A stretch of DNA of 64,000 nucleotides from Euryarchaeota archaeon UBA605. Lineage in GTDB: Archaea > Thermoplasmatota > Poseidoniia > Poseidoniales > Thalassarchaeaceae. Where the stretch lies: NCBI GenBank assembly GCA_002504905.1, contig DATY01000029.1:78306-142305 (forward strand), written 5' to 3'. The position numbers and the translations under genes are program-made. The notes beneath the pieces were generated by a model, which ran no database searches, had not been told where the DNA came from, and saw only the letters and a list, made by a program, of their open reading frames with translations. Below, one piece after another: positions 19,717 through 29,657 of the stretch (positions are counted from its first letter, which is position 1; every line of letters starts with the position of its first letter).

Positions 19717-21400
19717 AGAAAAATCTTGTTCTGAAAATTAAGATTAACATAGAGAAAATAATAATTCCACTACTTGGAGGATTTGATTTCCAAGGAATTG
19801 TAACTAAGTTATTTTCAATAGACTGTTCTTCATTCCCATTTGGATCCCCATAATTACAAGATTCATCATCTAAATCCGCTTCTTGATCGAAGTTAGATGC
19901 ACTAGGATCTGTACAACCATATTTAATTCCCTCAAGGAAAAATGATACGACATTATCAAACTCTCTATCCGATGAATAAGGAAGATGATGTCCCGCATCA
20001 CCAACTAAATGTGTCACATTAGAAAATACATTCACTAATTCTGTGGAACCGTATCCAAACCAATCGTCACCCTCGCCTTCAAAAACCAGTGCTGGTGAAT
20101 CAAAAGGTGCCTCAACTTCAATTGTTTGATTAACTCCTTGATGTCCGGTTTCAAGATAACCATTAAACAAGATTACTTTTTCAAATTGAACATCAGAATA
20201 TGCAAGATAGATTACTGACATTGCGGCACCCTGTGAATAACCAAGAATTCCATAAAATGGACCGTTACTATCAATGAAATTATCTAAGTAAGTTATCGAT
20301 GTATCTGCCCACATTGGGTCATCGGTTCCTTGCTCTTTACCGTCAGGCGGATCGCGGACCCAGACTCCACCATCTTCAGGAGCTTCGGCAAAAATAAACT
20401 CGAAATCAGGAAGAGCTTCCATCAAATCTTGCATACCTGGTTGAGATTCAAAATCAGATACGCTTTCTCCACCTCCGTGAAGACTGAGAATCTTCAATCT
20501 GGTTGGTTGATGATAACTACATGAGCCATCATCTTCTGTAGCAGCAATATCAAAATTATTAGCTGTTGAATCAGTACATCCGAATACTTCTTCTTGACTG
20601 TAGGTGCAAGTACCGTCATCTTCTGTAGCAGCACTATCAAAATTATTGGCTGTTGAATCAGTACATCCTAATACAGAGTCAATAATATTGATATTTATAA
20701 TTTCAAGGTCAGAAGAAATTTCCCAAGTACCACATTCCCCCAGTATTGAGATAGATACATTGGACTCAATTATGGAAGGACCCCAAGAAAATGTCCCACT
20801 TTCTGAAAATGGTAATTTGAGGCTGAATTGATTAACATCTCCATCTGACCAAACTAAATCGCATGTTCCAAGATTTGGATGAACCAATGTACCATTTATT
20901 GTAACTGATTCTCCTTCAGAAATACTCAATTCGTTATTTTCTAATATCATAATTGTAGGGTCTTCATAGGGATAATGTATTGAAAATGTGGATGAAAGTC
21001 TTGATTCTTGGCCTAAAGAATCGGTAACAACTATCTTGAAAGAATGAGAACCAACACCAGTCTCAGAAATATCTACAACAATTACTCCTGTACTATTCGG
21101 TTCAATATTCAAAGGAGAACCGTCCAGAGTCGCTTCAATTTGTAGAGATGACATGTCTTCATCACTTACTGAAACATAGAGGGAATCTAAACTTCCAATC
21201 AAGATACTATCAGGAATCTCAGAATCAATTACAGGAGCAAGATTAACACCATCCGATTCAAAGTCATAGAAAAGTCCTCCAACTAAAACACTACCAATCA
21301 TTAATCCGGCTAAGAAAAGGGATCTTGCGGCTCCTTCATCATCATTCTTCGAACCTCTCATGATATAGTGTGTTATCAGTTTGCTATTAAACAATAGCAA
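19634..21400 (-). CDS. secreted/membrane-anchored alpha/beta hydrolase (FSH1-like serine hydrolase) with Cys-bracketed repeat modules
   Basis: N-terminal signal anchor; nucleophile elbow GYSQGA; two tandem 29-aa repeats GCTDSTANNFD[SI]AATEDDG[TS]C plus a diverged third copy; C-terminal hydrophobic segment. Overlaps the pheS 3' end convergently by 83 nt. Confidence 0.55.
   Translation of the reverse strand: MLLFNSKLITHYIMRGSKNDDEGAARSLFLAGLMIGSVLVGGLFYDFESDGVNLAPVIDSEIPDSILIGSLDSLYVSVSDEDMSSLQIEATLDGSPLNIEPNSTGVIVVDISETGVGSHSFKIVVTDSLGQESRLSSTFSIHYPYEDPTIMILENNELSISEGESVTINGTLVHPNLGTCDLVWSDGDVNQFSLKLPFSESGTFSWGPSIIESNVSISILGECGTWEISSDLEIININIIDSVLGCTDSTANNFDSAATEDDGTCTYSQEEVFGCTDSTANNFDIAATEDDGSCSYHQPTRLKILSLHGGGESVSDFESQPGMQDLMEALPDFEFIFAEAPEDGGVWVRDPPDGKEQGTDDPMWADTSITYLDNFIDSNGPFYGILGYSQGAAMSVIYLAYSDVQFEKVILFNGYLETGHQGVNQTIEVEAPFDSPALVFEGEGDDWFGYGSTELVNVFSNVTHLVGDAGHHLPYSSDREFDNVVSFFLEGIKYGCTDPSASNFDQEADLDDESCNYGDPNGNEEQSIENNLVTIPWKSNPPSSGIIIFSMLILIFRTRFFFKELAFDLIALSRVGKVHEYRLTPELA
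20526..20674 (-). repeat. intragenic tandem repeat, 2 units x 87 nt (29 aa)
   Basis: Units 20526..20587 and 20613..20674 differ at only a few positions. Confidence 0.7.
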
Positions 21401-21436
21401 TAATCAACTCAAGTAAAATTAGTTATATACGTATTT

Positions 21437-22558
21437 TTATTCGGAAGAAAGAGCTTTGATATCAAGAAGAAACTCTTGAACATCCCAGTTAATTCCAGTC
21501 CAAGCAACTCTCTTCCTAGTTTCTTTATCAAGAATAAACGTGACTGTAGAATGACCAACTCCGTACTCACCTAAAGATACTTCATGAGGATTAATTGAGT
21601 CTGAAGAGTTTCTATCTTCTGTTCCAATAACCATACATCCTAGCCAATTTCCATCGGGTCTTTCATATCCTTCGTCACACATACAATGTGCACTAGAACC
21701 TGATCCCATAATCCATCCCTTTCCATTACAGTCAACTCCTGGTGAAAGACTTGATAGATTGGAATTACTGGAAACCCATGCCAAATGAGTATTTATCTCA
21801 ACGTCAATAGAAGAAATATTCTGAGATTCTGAGAGGGACCAAGTTTGATTGAGATTGTCCCAATAATGAAGTAACCATGACCAACTAGAGTTAGTTGTCC
21901 AGTCTCCAATAGTTCCTTCATTATGAGTTAAATTATAAGTAATATTTGCATTATTGAATACATAGTCTGCAAAATCATCTCCATCAATGTAGCATCTATT
22001 TTCAGATATCTCGCCGCGACAAGGAGTATCAATAACTGTGGAGGAATTATCAGGATAAAGGATTGAAAATCTATTGGTAGATTCATCCGGAGGCTGACTG
22101 GCTTCAATATGGTCATTATCAACAACAATATTCCAACTGTTCCAGACATTTACTAGAGTGGAGGGGTTTTCCGCTGAAAGGTGGTCCCATTCGTACCCAT
22201 TTGCCTCAGTCCATTGAGCAAATCTTTCCACTGTATCCCTCGCAGGATCAATAGTAATTGATAAAATTTCAACATCATCGGAATACTCACCTAAGTTTTC
22301 GTGTACCCAAGCCAAATTAGCTGAAATTGCAAGACAAATATCTGGACAAGATGTATAAATGAAAGCGACTACTACTACCTTACCGTAATAATCAGAAAGC
22401 GTAACTGATTCACCGTCCTGATTCAATAATGTGAAATCAGGTGCATCTGGGGGGTTTTTGTATTCTGTACCATACAATTCTAAATTATTTGTTGACTGTA
22501 AACAACCAGAGAAAAATAAACATGATGCAATTAGAATAACAAGTATCTTTTTCATCAA
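21437..22558 (-). CDS. SCO1/SenC family copper chaperone (thioredoxin fold) with large insertion, lipoprotein-like signal
   Basis: GKVVVVAFIYTSCPDICLAISANLAWV (CxxxC); N-terminus ends FFSGC (lipobox-like). Confidence 0.7.
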   Translation of the reverse strand: MMKKILVILIASCLFFSGCLQSTNNLELYGTEYKNPPDAPDFTLLNQDGESVTLSDYYGKVVVVAFIYTSCPDICLAISANLAWVHENLGEYSDDVEILSITIDPARDTVERFAQWTEANGYEWDHLSAENPSTLVNVWNSWNIVVDNDHIEASQPPDESTNRFSILYPDNSSTVIDTPCRGEISENRCYIDGDDFADYVFNNANITYNLTHNEGTIGDWTTNSSWSWLLHYWDNLNQTWSLSESQNISSIDVEINTHLAWVSSNSNLSSLSPGVDCNGKGWIMGSGSSAHCMCDEGYERPDGNWLGCMVIGTEDRNSSDSINPHEVSLGEYGVGHSTVTFILDKETRKRVAWTGINWDVQEFLLDIKALSSE

Positions 22559-22567
22559 AACACCACT

Positions 22568-23296
22568 TTATTCATCTAATAGTAATTTAATATCTTCAAG
22601 AACTAGTTCTGCATTCCAGGCATTATCTGCCCACCAAACTCGCTGATTCATTTCTCTATCAACGATTATTGTCCCCGTAGTATGATCTACCCAATAGCTA
22701 AGTGGATGATGCATGGTTTGTACCTGGCTAGGTTCTTTTTGAGATTCACTACAACCTTCATTATCTACTTCTTCACCAGCAGTAGTATTTGCACATGTAT
22801 CAAATCCATCTGCAACTCCATCACCGTCTAAGTCTGAATCATAAGTTGCTAGACCTACCTCGAAATTTCTCCAAACTGGTTCAATTACCTCCAATTCTCC
22901 GGTTAGATGGGGCCAATCTAATCCTCTAGCATTTGAATAGTTATCCAGAACAGATGAATTATCAGTCCAAGGATCTACTGTAACGGTTAGAATCTGCACC
23001 TCAGTTCGATAAAGGTCACCTAGCAATTGAGCAACATAAGCTAAATTGGCACTGACTACTGGACAAACATCCGGACAACGAGTGAAAAGGAATGCCACAA
23101 CAACAACATCTCCTTCATAATCATAGAAATTAAAATCATTACCTTCTTCATCTGTTAAGGTGAAATCTTCGGCAGGAATTGAAGGAGAAATATCTTCGCC
23201 ATAGAAAATATCTACTTCTTGATTACCTATACAACCAGAAGTGACAAAACATAGAGCCATTAAAATTGCAAACAAATTTCTCGACATTTTAGCCAT
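22568..23296 (-). CDS. SCO1/SenC family copper chaperone
   Basis: GDVVVVAFLFTRCPDVCPVVSANLAYV plus a downstream conserved His (WVDHTTGTIIVD); lipobox-like VTSGC. Confidence 0.75.
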   Translation of the reverse strand: MAKMSRNLFAILMALCFVTSGCIGNQEVDIFYGEDISPSIPAEDFTLTDEEGNDFNFYDYEGDVVVVAFLFTRCPDVCPVVSANLAYVAQLLGDLYRTEVQILTVTVDPWTDNSSVLDNYSNARGLDWPHLTGELEVIEPVWRNFEVGLATYDSDLDGDGVADGFDTCANTTAGEEVDNEGCSESQKEPSQVQTMHHPLSYWVDHTTGTIIVDREMNQRVWWADNAWNAELVLEDIKLLLDE

Positions 23297-23312
23297 TACT
23301 CCCGTATATCCT

Positions 23313-23855
23313 CTATGTCCGTCCCTTTTTTACAATTCGACTGATTGCTGCTACAACAAAAAGAACTAATCCAACCCAAAGGAGTATCATATTTGATTCT
23401 GAAGAATTTGAAACTTCGTTACCAGAATTACCGCTTGGCAATACGAAATTGGGAGTTGTTTCATTGTGATTATCTAGAATAATTGTGATATTTATGGTGT
23501 GCCAAAGTGAACCATTAGAGTATACCAACGCTTGATAATTACCTGCGGACCAGTTCAGAGGGTCTAACCATAATTGGCATTCATCCTCATTTCCTGTACT
23601 ATTGTAAGGTTGAGCAGTACAAGACCAATTATGAGTGGAATTTTTAGGATTCTCCATCTCAATTGTTCTTTCTAAGTCCATGACAACGTTGTTGAAAATT
23701 ATACTATCATTTTGTGTTACTTGGGCATCATCTGGTTGGATTGAGCTATTTCTCATGATAAATTGGAACGTATTGGCACCGTGAGCATCAACTATTGGAT
23801 TGATGAATAAAATAATGACAAAAACTACAATTGAAACATTTTTCATCGAACTCAC
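23313..23855 (-). CDS. small secreted protein with C-terminal TM anchor; mature N-terminus predicted to be His (possible His-brace copper site)
   Basis: Signal peptide ...NPIVDA|HGANTF; C-terminal ILLWVGLVLFVVAAISRIVKKGRT. Confidence 0.45.
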   Translation of the reverse strand: MSSMKNVSIVVFVIILFINPIVDAHGANTFQFIMRNSSIQPDDAQVTQNDSIIFNNVVMDLERTIEMENPKNSTHNWSCTAQPYNSTGNEDECQLWLDPLNWSAGNYQALVYSNGSLWHTINITIILDNHNETTPNFVLPSGNSGNEVSNSSESNMILLWVGLVLFVVAAISRIVKKGRT

Positions 23856-23864
23856 CTAATCAAT

Positions 23865-25823
23865 TCATTCAGAATCCCATAGTGGTGGATAATCAAATCT
23901 TGGATCATAGTCTTCGTCAAATTGAACAACATAGACTCCTGTGACCATATCTGAAACGAAAACGAATCCTCTAGGGTCATATTGTAATCCCCAATTAAAT
24001 GGAATCATACAAGATGCCCAGCAATCCGCCATATCATACCCCATTTCAGTGGCTGGATCATCAATCCAAGGTGGACCGGCTGGAAGATAATAGCCAATGG
24101 TCTTAGTTTCGGCTAATTCTGAAATTGCTTGGAATCCTCTATCCGGCTCTGGAACTCCGTTTTCCCACACTATTTCATCCCAAATATCACCATGATCAGT
24201 TACCCAAGCTCCAGCATGATAGTGAGTGTAGTATACATGCCCTGATGGGCCAGTATCGCCATTATGCGGACTGAAAATATATCCACCAGGTATCCAATGC
24301 TGTGGATGTGAACCATTTCCTTTCATTCCCTCTCCAGGAAGCTTCCATTTTGAGACTAAGAAAGGTTCTGCAGGATCTGTTGTATCAATTGTCCATACGT
24401 AACCGGTATGATTCTCATTGGAACCGTATTCAGGAGCAATGTATGTGTAGTGTCTCCAGTTAACTCCATAGACTGGGTCTTCAAATCCAGTTCCACAGTT
24501 AGATGGCCAATTTTCTACAGGATCGAATACACTTATTCCTGAACAAATTAAGTAATCATTTGGAACTGCATAATGGATGTTATCATTTCCTTGATTGGCG
24601 TCGAGCCATTCGTCAGCATCCATATTTGCATGGCCACCACCTTCTGGACCATACCATCCATCATCAGCAGATGGGCAGCCCATCCAACGACCGACCTCAG
24701 GAGGCCAATTAATTCCTAAAGGATCTGGAACTTGAGGAGGAGTACTAACATCTACTAATCTCAAACCAGCACCCCAATAAGAAACTGCAAGTAATCTCTG
24801 CTGTGTTATAGGATGGACAAAGTAAACATTATCATGATTGAATATTGAACCACCACAGGTAGTGTATGGCTCTGGAGTGTAACCTCCCCAGCGAACTATT
24901 TCGCGATCAGAAGAATTTTCTTGTTCTTCATTTTGATTAGGATCCCACGAAGTAAAACCTCTTGGAACGTAAAATACTTGAGTTCCTTTGTAGAATGTAC
25001 CACTACTACCCTCGACCATTTCTGGATAAGGATCTGCTCCGAAAAGGAACAAATGACAATCTGCTTCATCCCACTGATTGACTGGATCAAAAGTAGGGTT
25101 CCAATCGCAATAAATTGCCAAATCTTGATTATGGAATCCTGCAGGAGGATTATTCCATTCTGCAACCTTCACCGGACTAGTTTTATCTCCAACATAAATC
25201 ACATCCATTCGATTTGCTCCACTATTAGCATCATCATCATTTGGAATAGGATCAAGTTCACTGTTTGTTAGTTCATGATTAACTAAAACCCAATTGTTAT
25301 CTTTAGTGACCTTGATATCAATCATTCTAGCTATTTCTGCATAATAAGTAGAAAGCATTTTTATGTTATTGGGATCACTAATATCGAGAATCTCAAATTG
25401 ATTGTAACTTGAAACATAAGCGTAACATCCACCAGTTCCGTCAGCATATATTTCACAATCTTCCATGAAATTACCTTCAATTGTTATTTCAGAGTTATCT
25501 CCAGGAGTAGGGCCTACATTCTTGTATTCATCTGAGCAAGGTCTTCCTGCAACATTATCTAATTCAGCAGGAGGTTTTTCGTTTCCATCGCAATTAAGAT
25601 TATGATAATCGATTAGTTTTGCATTGGCAGTGGATAATCTGTGAGCTAGCAGATCATTATGTGAGTGATTTTCATCTTCAATCTCTGTTACAGGATCAAT
25701 CCATTCCACATTTGCGTCTTCATCAGAGGAATCATCTCCAAGCATCGACATACACCCGGATAAGGGAGTTATTAGCATTAGAAAAACCATAAGAAACATT
25801 GGAAAATTAGAAATCCGTGACAT
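23865..25823 (-). CDS. secreted LVIVD-repeat beta-propeller-like protein, His-rich (paralog B)
   Basis: LVIVD-like strands EILDISD, LRLVDVS, VYVVQFD. Motifs HWIPGG..FSPHNGD and YHAGAW shared with paralog A. Lipobox-like LSGC. Confidence 0.55.
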   Translation of the reverse strand: MSRISNFPMFLMVFLMLITPLSGCMSMLGDDSSDEDANVEWIDPVTEIEDENHSHNDLLAHRLSTANAKLIDYHNLNCDGNEKPPAELDNVAGRPCSDEYKNVGPTPGDNSEITIEGNFMEDCEIYADGTGGCYAYVSSYNQFEILDISDPNNIKMLSTYYAEIARMIDIKVTKDNNWVLVNHELTNSELDPIPNDDDANSGANRMDVIYVGDKTSPVKVAEWNNPPAGFHNQDLAIYCDWNPTFDPVNQWDEADCHLFLFGADPYPEMVEGSSGTFYKGTQVFYVPRGFTSWDPNQNEEQENSSDREIVRWGGYTPEPYTTCGGSIFNHDNVYFVHPITQQRLLAVSYWGAGLRLVDVSTPPQVPDPLGINWPPEVGRWMGCPSADDGWYGPEGGGHANMDADEWLDANQGNDNIHYAVPNDYLICSGISVFDPVENWPSNCGTGFEDPVYGVNWRHYTYIAPEYGSNENHTGYVWTIDTTDPAEPFLVSKWKLPGEGMKGNGSHPQHWIPGGYIFSPHNGDTGPSGHVYYTHYHAGAWVTDHGDIWDEIVWENGVPEPDRGFQAISELAETKTIGYYLPAGPPWIDDPATEMGYDMADCWASCMIPFNWGLQYDPRGFVFVSDMVTGVYVVQFDEDYDPRFDYPPLWDSE

Positions 25824-25892
25824 CGCAAAACCTCGTACTAATTATTTCACACAAACTTCTACTTGTGAATGCTGCGGTGGTGATGTTAGAAA

Positions 25893-27650
25893 TTAACTGA
25901 CGTGATACGGTTTATCTATATCCAATTGAACAATATATAATCCCGTTGTAATGCAAGAAAGATATGTATATCCATTATGATATTCTGCGGCCCAAATAAA
26001 TGGAGTCCAACCAAAGTCATAGTATGAGCTTGAAAGAGGAATTCCATCTTGTCCATGAGGTAAATGATACCCAATAGTGGATACAGAATGTACTTCAGTT
26101 CTATTCAAATCCGGATTTAGAGCTTCTAACATTAGAGTCTCAATATCGATTATCCATAATCCTGCATGGTAACTAGAAAGATAAATTCTACCATCCCAAT
26201 TACCACCGAGGCTCTGATCGGGTAAGCCCAGTGCTGAATTGGTTTCGAAAATTTGCGCATCTGAATTATGAGGGCTGAAAAGTAACCATTCTTCACCACC
26301 AGGAATATGATGTTGTTCAGCAAAAGGAATCTCCCAACTATGAATTATTTTTGGTAGGAATCTGACTTGACCATTTAACATTTCAAACTCAGTCGTATCT
26401 AACAAATATCCAAGACCTGTTCCCACAGTGGTCTCTAAAACTTCAGTTGCAAGGAATGTTAAATGCATTTTACCTGCTGGATAACCTAAATGAGAAGCAT
26501 CAACCATTTCATCCATTGGCTCTGCATAATGAATGTATGAAGCTCTGCCTCCATTCTCATTCCCTGTACATCCACAATCAATCTGCCCGTCTTCATCAAG
26601 GTCTGCAAACTCCATCCATTGACCAACCTCTGGGGCTCTCCAATTACAAGTTAGTTGAGTACCTAATGTTGCAGCACATCCGCCGGCAATAAATGCATAT
26701 TCTATTGGTGAGTTCTGTGGGTGAGGAACGTCACTGACATCGAATATTCTTAACCCGGCTTCCCAATATGCGCCGTAAATATACGTCTTACCATATCTAG
26801 GGTCTTGTTGATCTTCTCCTGGCCAAGTTTGTACAGTCATGTCATGAATATATATCCAGCCACCTAATGTATTTTGCCAGTTAACTTCTGCTTCACCAAC
26901 CTTGAGAATTCGAGGGCTATCACTTGGACCATCGAAATTAAGATGAGCTATTGTAATTCCCCCACATGCATCACCTTGACCAATATCGCACTGCTCATAA
27001 TCAGGATTTGCAACAAAGATATACCACTCATTATCAATCATATGAGTATACAAATTATGAGGACCACTTGGATGATCAGCATCATACCATGCATCGACAT
27101 AGGTTGGGTTATATTTATCTGAAACATCAATTAAAGTTACTGTAACTTGAGCAGGATCTCCCCATTCACCAACGTTTGGATCTGCATTACCTGGATCTAC
27201 TAACTGATTCTGTACTATTACATATTCATCTCCATTATACTGTAAATATTTTACATCTAAGACTTGAGTATTTGGATCCACATAAACTCCAGTAACGGTA
27301 GTATTCTCTGGATTTGTAACATCTACAATATGCATCTCTGACCAGCCAGCGATATATGCATATGTGCCACCATCTGGAGATTCCGCAACCTGAACTTCAG
27401 CATTCCCAGGTGCAGTCAATTGATTAAAAGAAATTGGTTGAATATTATCTGTATACATTATGTGCTGGCTAGCATTTCTATGATCATGCCCCTCATCTTG
27501 CATGAGTGGATCAATAATTGAAAAGTTACCCTCTACTGATTCAGAAGTCTCATCGGAAAGGAAAATTGCAGCTACACTAGCTGTTAATAAAAAGAAGATT
27601 AGGACGCCTGCTAAAGCAACTCTACGGTTATCCATGTAGGTCGGAAGCAA
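25893..27650 (-). CDS. secreted LVIVD-repeat beta-propeller-like protein, His-rich (paralog A)
   Basis: VHIVDVTN, LRIFDVSD, LWIIDIE, LYIVQLD; HHIPGG..FSPHNSD; SYHAGLW; signal peptide. Confidence 0.55.
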   Translation of the reverse strand: MLPTYMDNRRVALAGVLIFFLLTASVAAIFLSDETSESVEGNFSIIDPLMQDEGHDHRNASQHIMYTDNIQPISFNQLTAPGNAEVQVAESPDGGTYAYIAGWSEMHIVDVTNPENTTVTGVYVDPNTQVLDVKYLQYNGDEYVIVQNQLVDPGNADPNVGEWGDPAQVTVTLIDVSDKYNPTYVDAWYDADHPSGPHNLYTHMIDNEWYIFVANPDYEQCDIGQGDACGGITIAHLNFDGPSDSPRILKVGEAEVNWQNTLGGWIYIHDMTVQTWPGEDQQDPRYGKTYIYGAYWEAGLRIFDVSDVPHPQNSPIEYAFIAGGCAATLGTQLTCNWRAPEVGQWMEFADLDEDGQIDCGCTGNENGGRASYIHYAEPMDEMVDASHLGYPAGKMHLTFLATEVLETTVGTGLGYLLDTTEFEMLNGQVRFLPKIIHSWEIPFAEQHHIPGGEEWLLFSPHNSDAQIFETNSALGLPDQSLGGNWDGRIYLSSYHAGLWIIDIETLMLEALNPDLNRTEVHSVSTIGYHLPHGQDGIPLSSSYYDFGWTPFIWAAEYHNGYTYLSCITTGLYIVQLDIDKPYHVS

Positions 27651-27656
27651 CCAGTC

Positions 27657-28316
27657 ATGTTGAAGTCATCGGAGTGCATGGGATGGACTGTGAGATACCA
27701 TCGGGCGATTGTAATTGGAGTATTATTTACTCTTTTATCATCATCAATTGCTTGTGCACATGACCAAAAAGAATACAATATTTTAATCAAAGAAAATGGT
27801 TTGACTCCTCCTTCTGTAAATCAGGGAGTATTGGTTGAAACAGATACATTATTTTTTAGAAATGTAGACAATAGAGAAAATGTAACACATAGAATTTTAG
27901 TAGATGCAGATCAAGATGGCTTATTCGAGGGGATTGATGACTTCGAAACGAGTTGGATGTCAAGCTCTTGTGAACTTAATGAAACTGGTGAAAAAGTAAA
28001 TCCAGATTGTGAGCAGCAAGCATTAATTCTATTAGATCCTTCAAACAGACTTTTACCAGGAAATATCTCGATGATACATGAAATAAAAGAGATTAATCAA
28101 TCTACGAATGAAACAACTAAAATTACATTGGTGAACTTCTATGTTAATTTCGCGCCAGATATCCATGAAGTAGATGAGAACCTACCTACAGGGAATAGTG
28201 AAGAAGAAATAATAGAAAGAAGTGCTAAAGAACAAGTTCTAGAATTAATAATTTTTATTTCTTTATTATGTGCATTTTTTGTAGGTACAGAGCTAATGAA
28301 ATCGAATAAGGATTAG
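27657..28316 (+). CDS. small secreted protein with C-terminal TM anchor; mature N-terminus predicted His
   Basis: Signal peptide ...SSSIACA|HDQKEY; C-terminal LELIIFISLLCAFFVGTELM. Divergent from paralog A with only a 6-bp gap as called, so true starts are probably internal. Confidence 0.45.
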   Translation: MLKSSECMGWTVRYHRAIVIGVLFTLLSSSIACAHDQKEYNILIKENGLTPPSVNQGVLVETDTLFFRNVDNRENVTHRILVDADQDGLFEGIDDFETSWMSSSCELNETGEKVNPDCEQQALILLDPSNRLLPGNISMIHEIKEINQSTNETTKITLVNFYVNFAPDIHEVDENLPTGNSEEEIIERSAKEQVLELIIFISLLCAFFVGTELMKSNKD

Positions 28317-28366
28317 AATCTTGAACGGTTGAACTCAAGAACCCCTTGTGTATCCGTTGACTCGTA

Positions 28367-28443
28367 GGGCGCTTAGCTCAGCTTGGAAGAGCACCTGGTT
28401 TGCAACCAGGTGGCCGGGGGTTCAAATCCCCCAGCGTCCACCA
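28367..28443 (+). tRNA. tRNA-Ala (anticodon TGC), CCA encoded
   Basis: GGGCGCTTAGCTCAGCTTGGAAGAGCACCTGGTTTGCAACCAGGTGGCCGGGGGTTCAAATCCCCCAGCGTCCACCA is a canonical cloverleaf. Confidence 0.9.
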
Positions 28444-28562
28444 TTAAATCTATGATAGAAGAAATTATTTCTGTTGCGAACATAATGCTGATTACTTTTT
28501 TACTTGAATCATAAAAATTATTTCGAACAACATTTCATTAACTAAATCCAACTACATTATTT

Positions 28563-28766
28563 ATGGATGAGAGGTTTGCAGCAAATCTTTCTTGGTATTA
28601 CCACTTAATTCCATTTATCACAGCGATTTTAGGGTTAATCGTCGGGAATATTTTAGTACAAAATTACGGTCCATTTGCGAAGACCATTTTTCCCTCTATG
28701 TGTCTAATAATTGGAGGATACGGCGGACTAGTAATTCTTGGAGAAATTTCTGAAAGGAAAAAATAA
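28563..28766 (+). CDS. small hydrophobic protein (hypothetical)
   Basis: 67-aa ORF with two predicted TM segments. Confidence 0.3.
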   Translation: MDERFAANLSWYYHLIPFITAILGLIVGNILVQNYGPFAKTIFPSMCLIIGGYGGLVILGEISERKK

Positions 28767-28792
28767 TATTTTTATTAAAGATACTTTGGAAA

Positions 28793-28955
28793 AATACAAG
28801 CATATTTATGTAAAAAATATAAATCTAAACAGACATTCATTAATGGATTATTACGAACAATAACAATGAACGCAGGACACATACTAGCAATCCTAATTGG
28901 TTTTTACGCTTCTTTCGCTGTTACAGTAATGAGCGTGACACCATTATTGGGTTAA
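28793..28955 (+). repeat. copy 1 of duplicated ~165-bp unit (conserved promoter-like leader + 29-aa ORF)
   Basis: Aligns with 32691..32863 (TTGGAAAAATACAAGCATATTTATGT... through the stop codon). The ORF part is very similar; the leader is less so. Confidence 0.75.
28866..28955 (+). CDS. 29-aa hydrophobic peptide (copy 1): MNAGHILAILIGFYASFAVTVMSVTPLLG
   Basis: Hand translation. Not in ORF track (<60 aa). The duplicated, conserved peptide sequence argues it is coding. Confidence 0.4.
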   Translation: MNAGHILAILIGFYASFAVTVMSVTPLLG

Positions 28956-28964
28956 TTGAAACAT

Positions 28965-29657
28965 TCATCTCCGAGACTGGATTTTGTTATCTTCCCTCCA
29001 CCAATTTCTCTCTGGTGAAATTCTATTGATAATTTCCTTAAATGAAAATATCACATCTCTAGCCTCTGGTATAGTTTCTACTGTAGCTAAATCTATTATT
29101 GATTTGTTGTCTAATTGTAAAAAAACTGTATTACTAAACACTATTTTTTGAAATTTAGATCCTATCCAATGTCCATCACTAATTCTTTCAACCATTTCAA
29201 CATCCCCCCTTCGAACATATGTCGGATCTTCATTATGCGTATTTTCTCGTATAAAGAAATCACACTTAGAATACTTCTCATTCTTTACGGTCTTAGATTT
29301 CTTATCTGTACCAATATGTAGTTCAATATATTTCCCTTCAGCAGGATTAATCTCCTTTCTAGTGATTTTATTAGATAAAAATGGAATCTGAAGATTGAAA
29401 TTAATTATTAGTTCTGGCATACCATTAATCCAAAATCCCAAGAAAATTATCAAAATGATACCAATGGGTAAAGAATATCCGTAAATTGAAATTCCAGAAA
29501 ATATAATGTAGATTGGATATGCGATAACTAATCCAAAAATCAGAAAAATAAGTTTAAGATATCTATAATGTCTTTCTTCCTTGAATAACACATTTTTCGA
29601 TGAATCGAATGTCCATTGAGAACTTGTATGAACTTTTTGACCGGATATTAAATCCAT
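28965..29657 (-). CDS. membrane protein (two N-terminal TM helices + bacterial PH-like soluble domain?)
   Basis: Hydropathy; no catalytic motif. Confidence 0.4.
   Translation of the reverse strand: MDLISGQKVHTSSQWTFDSSKNVLFKEERHYRYLKLIFLIFGLVIAYPIYIIFSGISIYGYSLPIGIILIIFLGFWINGMPELIINFNLQIPFLSNKITRKEINPAEGKYIELHIGTDKKSKTVKNEKYSKCDFFIRENTHNEDPTYVRRGDVEMVERISDGHWIGSKFQKIVFSNTVFLQLDNKSIIDLATVETIPEARDVIFSFKEIINRISPERNWWREDNKIQSRR

Noticed and set aside
23865-27650. Considered calling the propeller paralogs NosZ (N2O reductase) or SBP56 methanethiol oxidase
   Set aside because: No CuA CxxFCxxxHxxM motif or cupredoxin domain for NosZ. SBP56 signature stretches (for example the HH...CSSC region) are not evident and the sizes differ. 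Kept as an uncharacterised LVIVD-like family.
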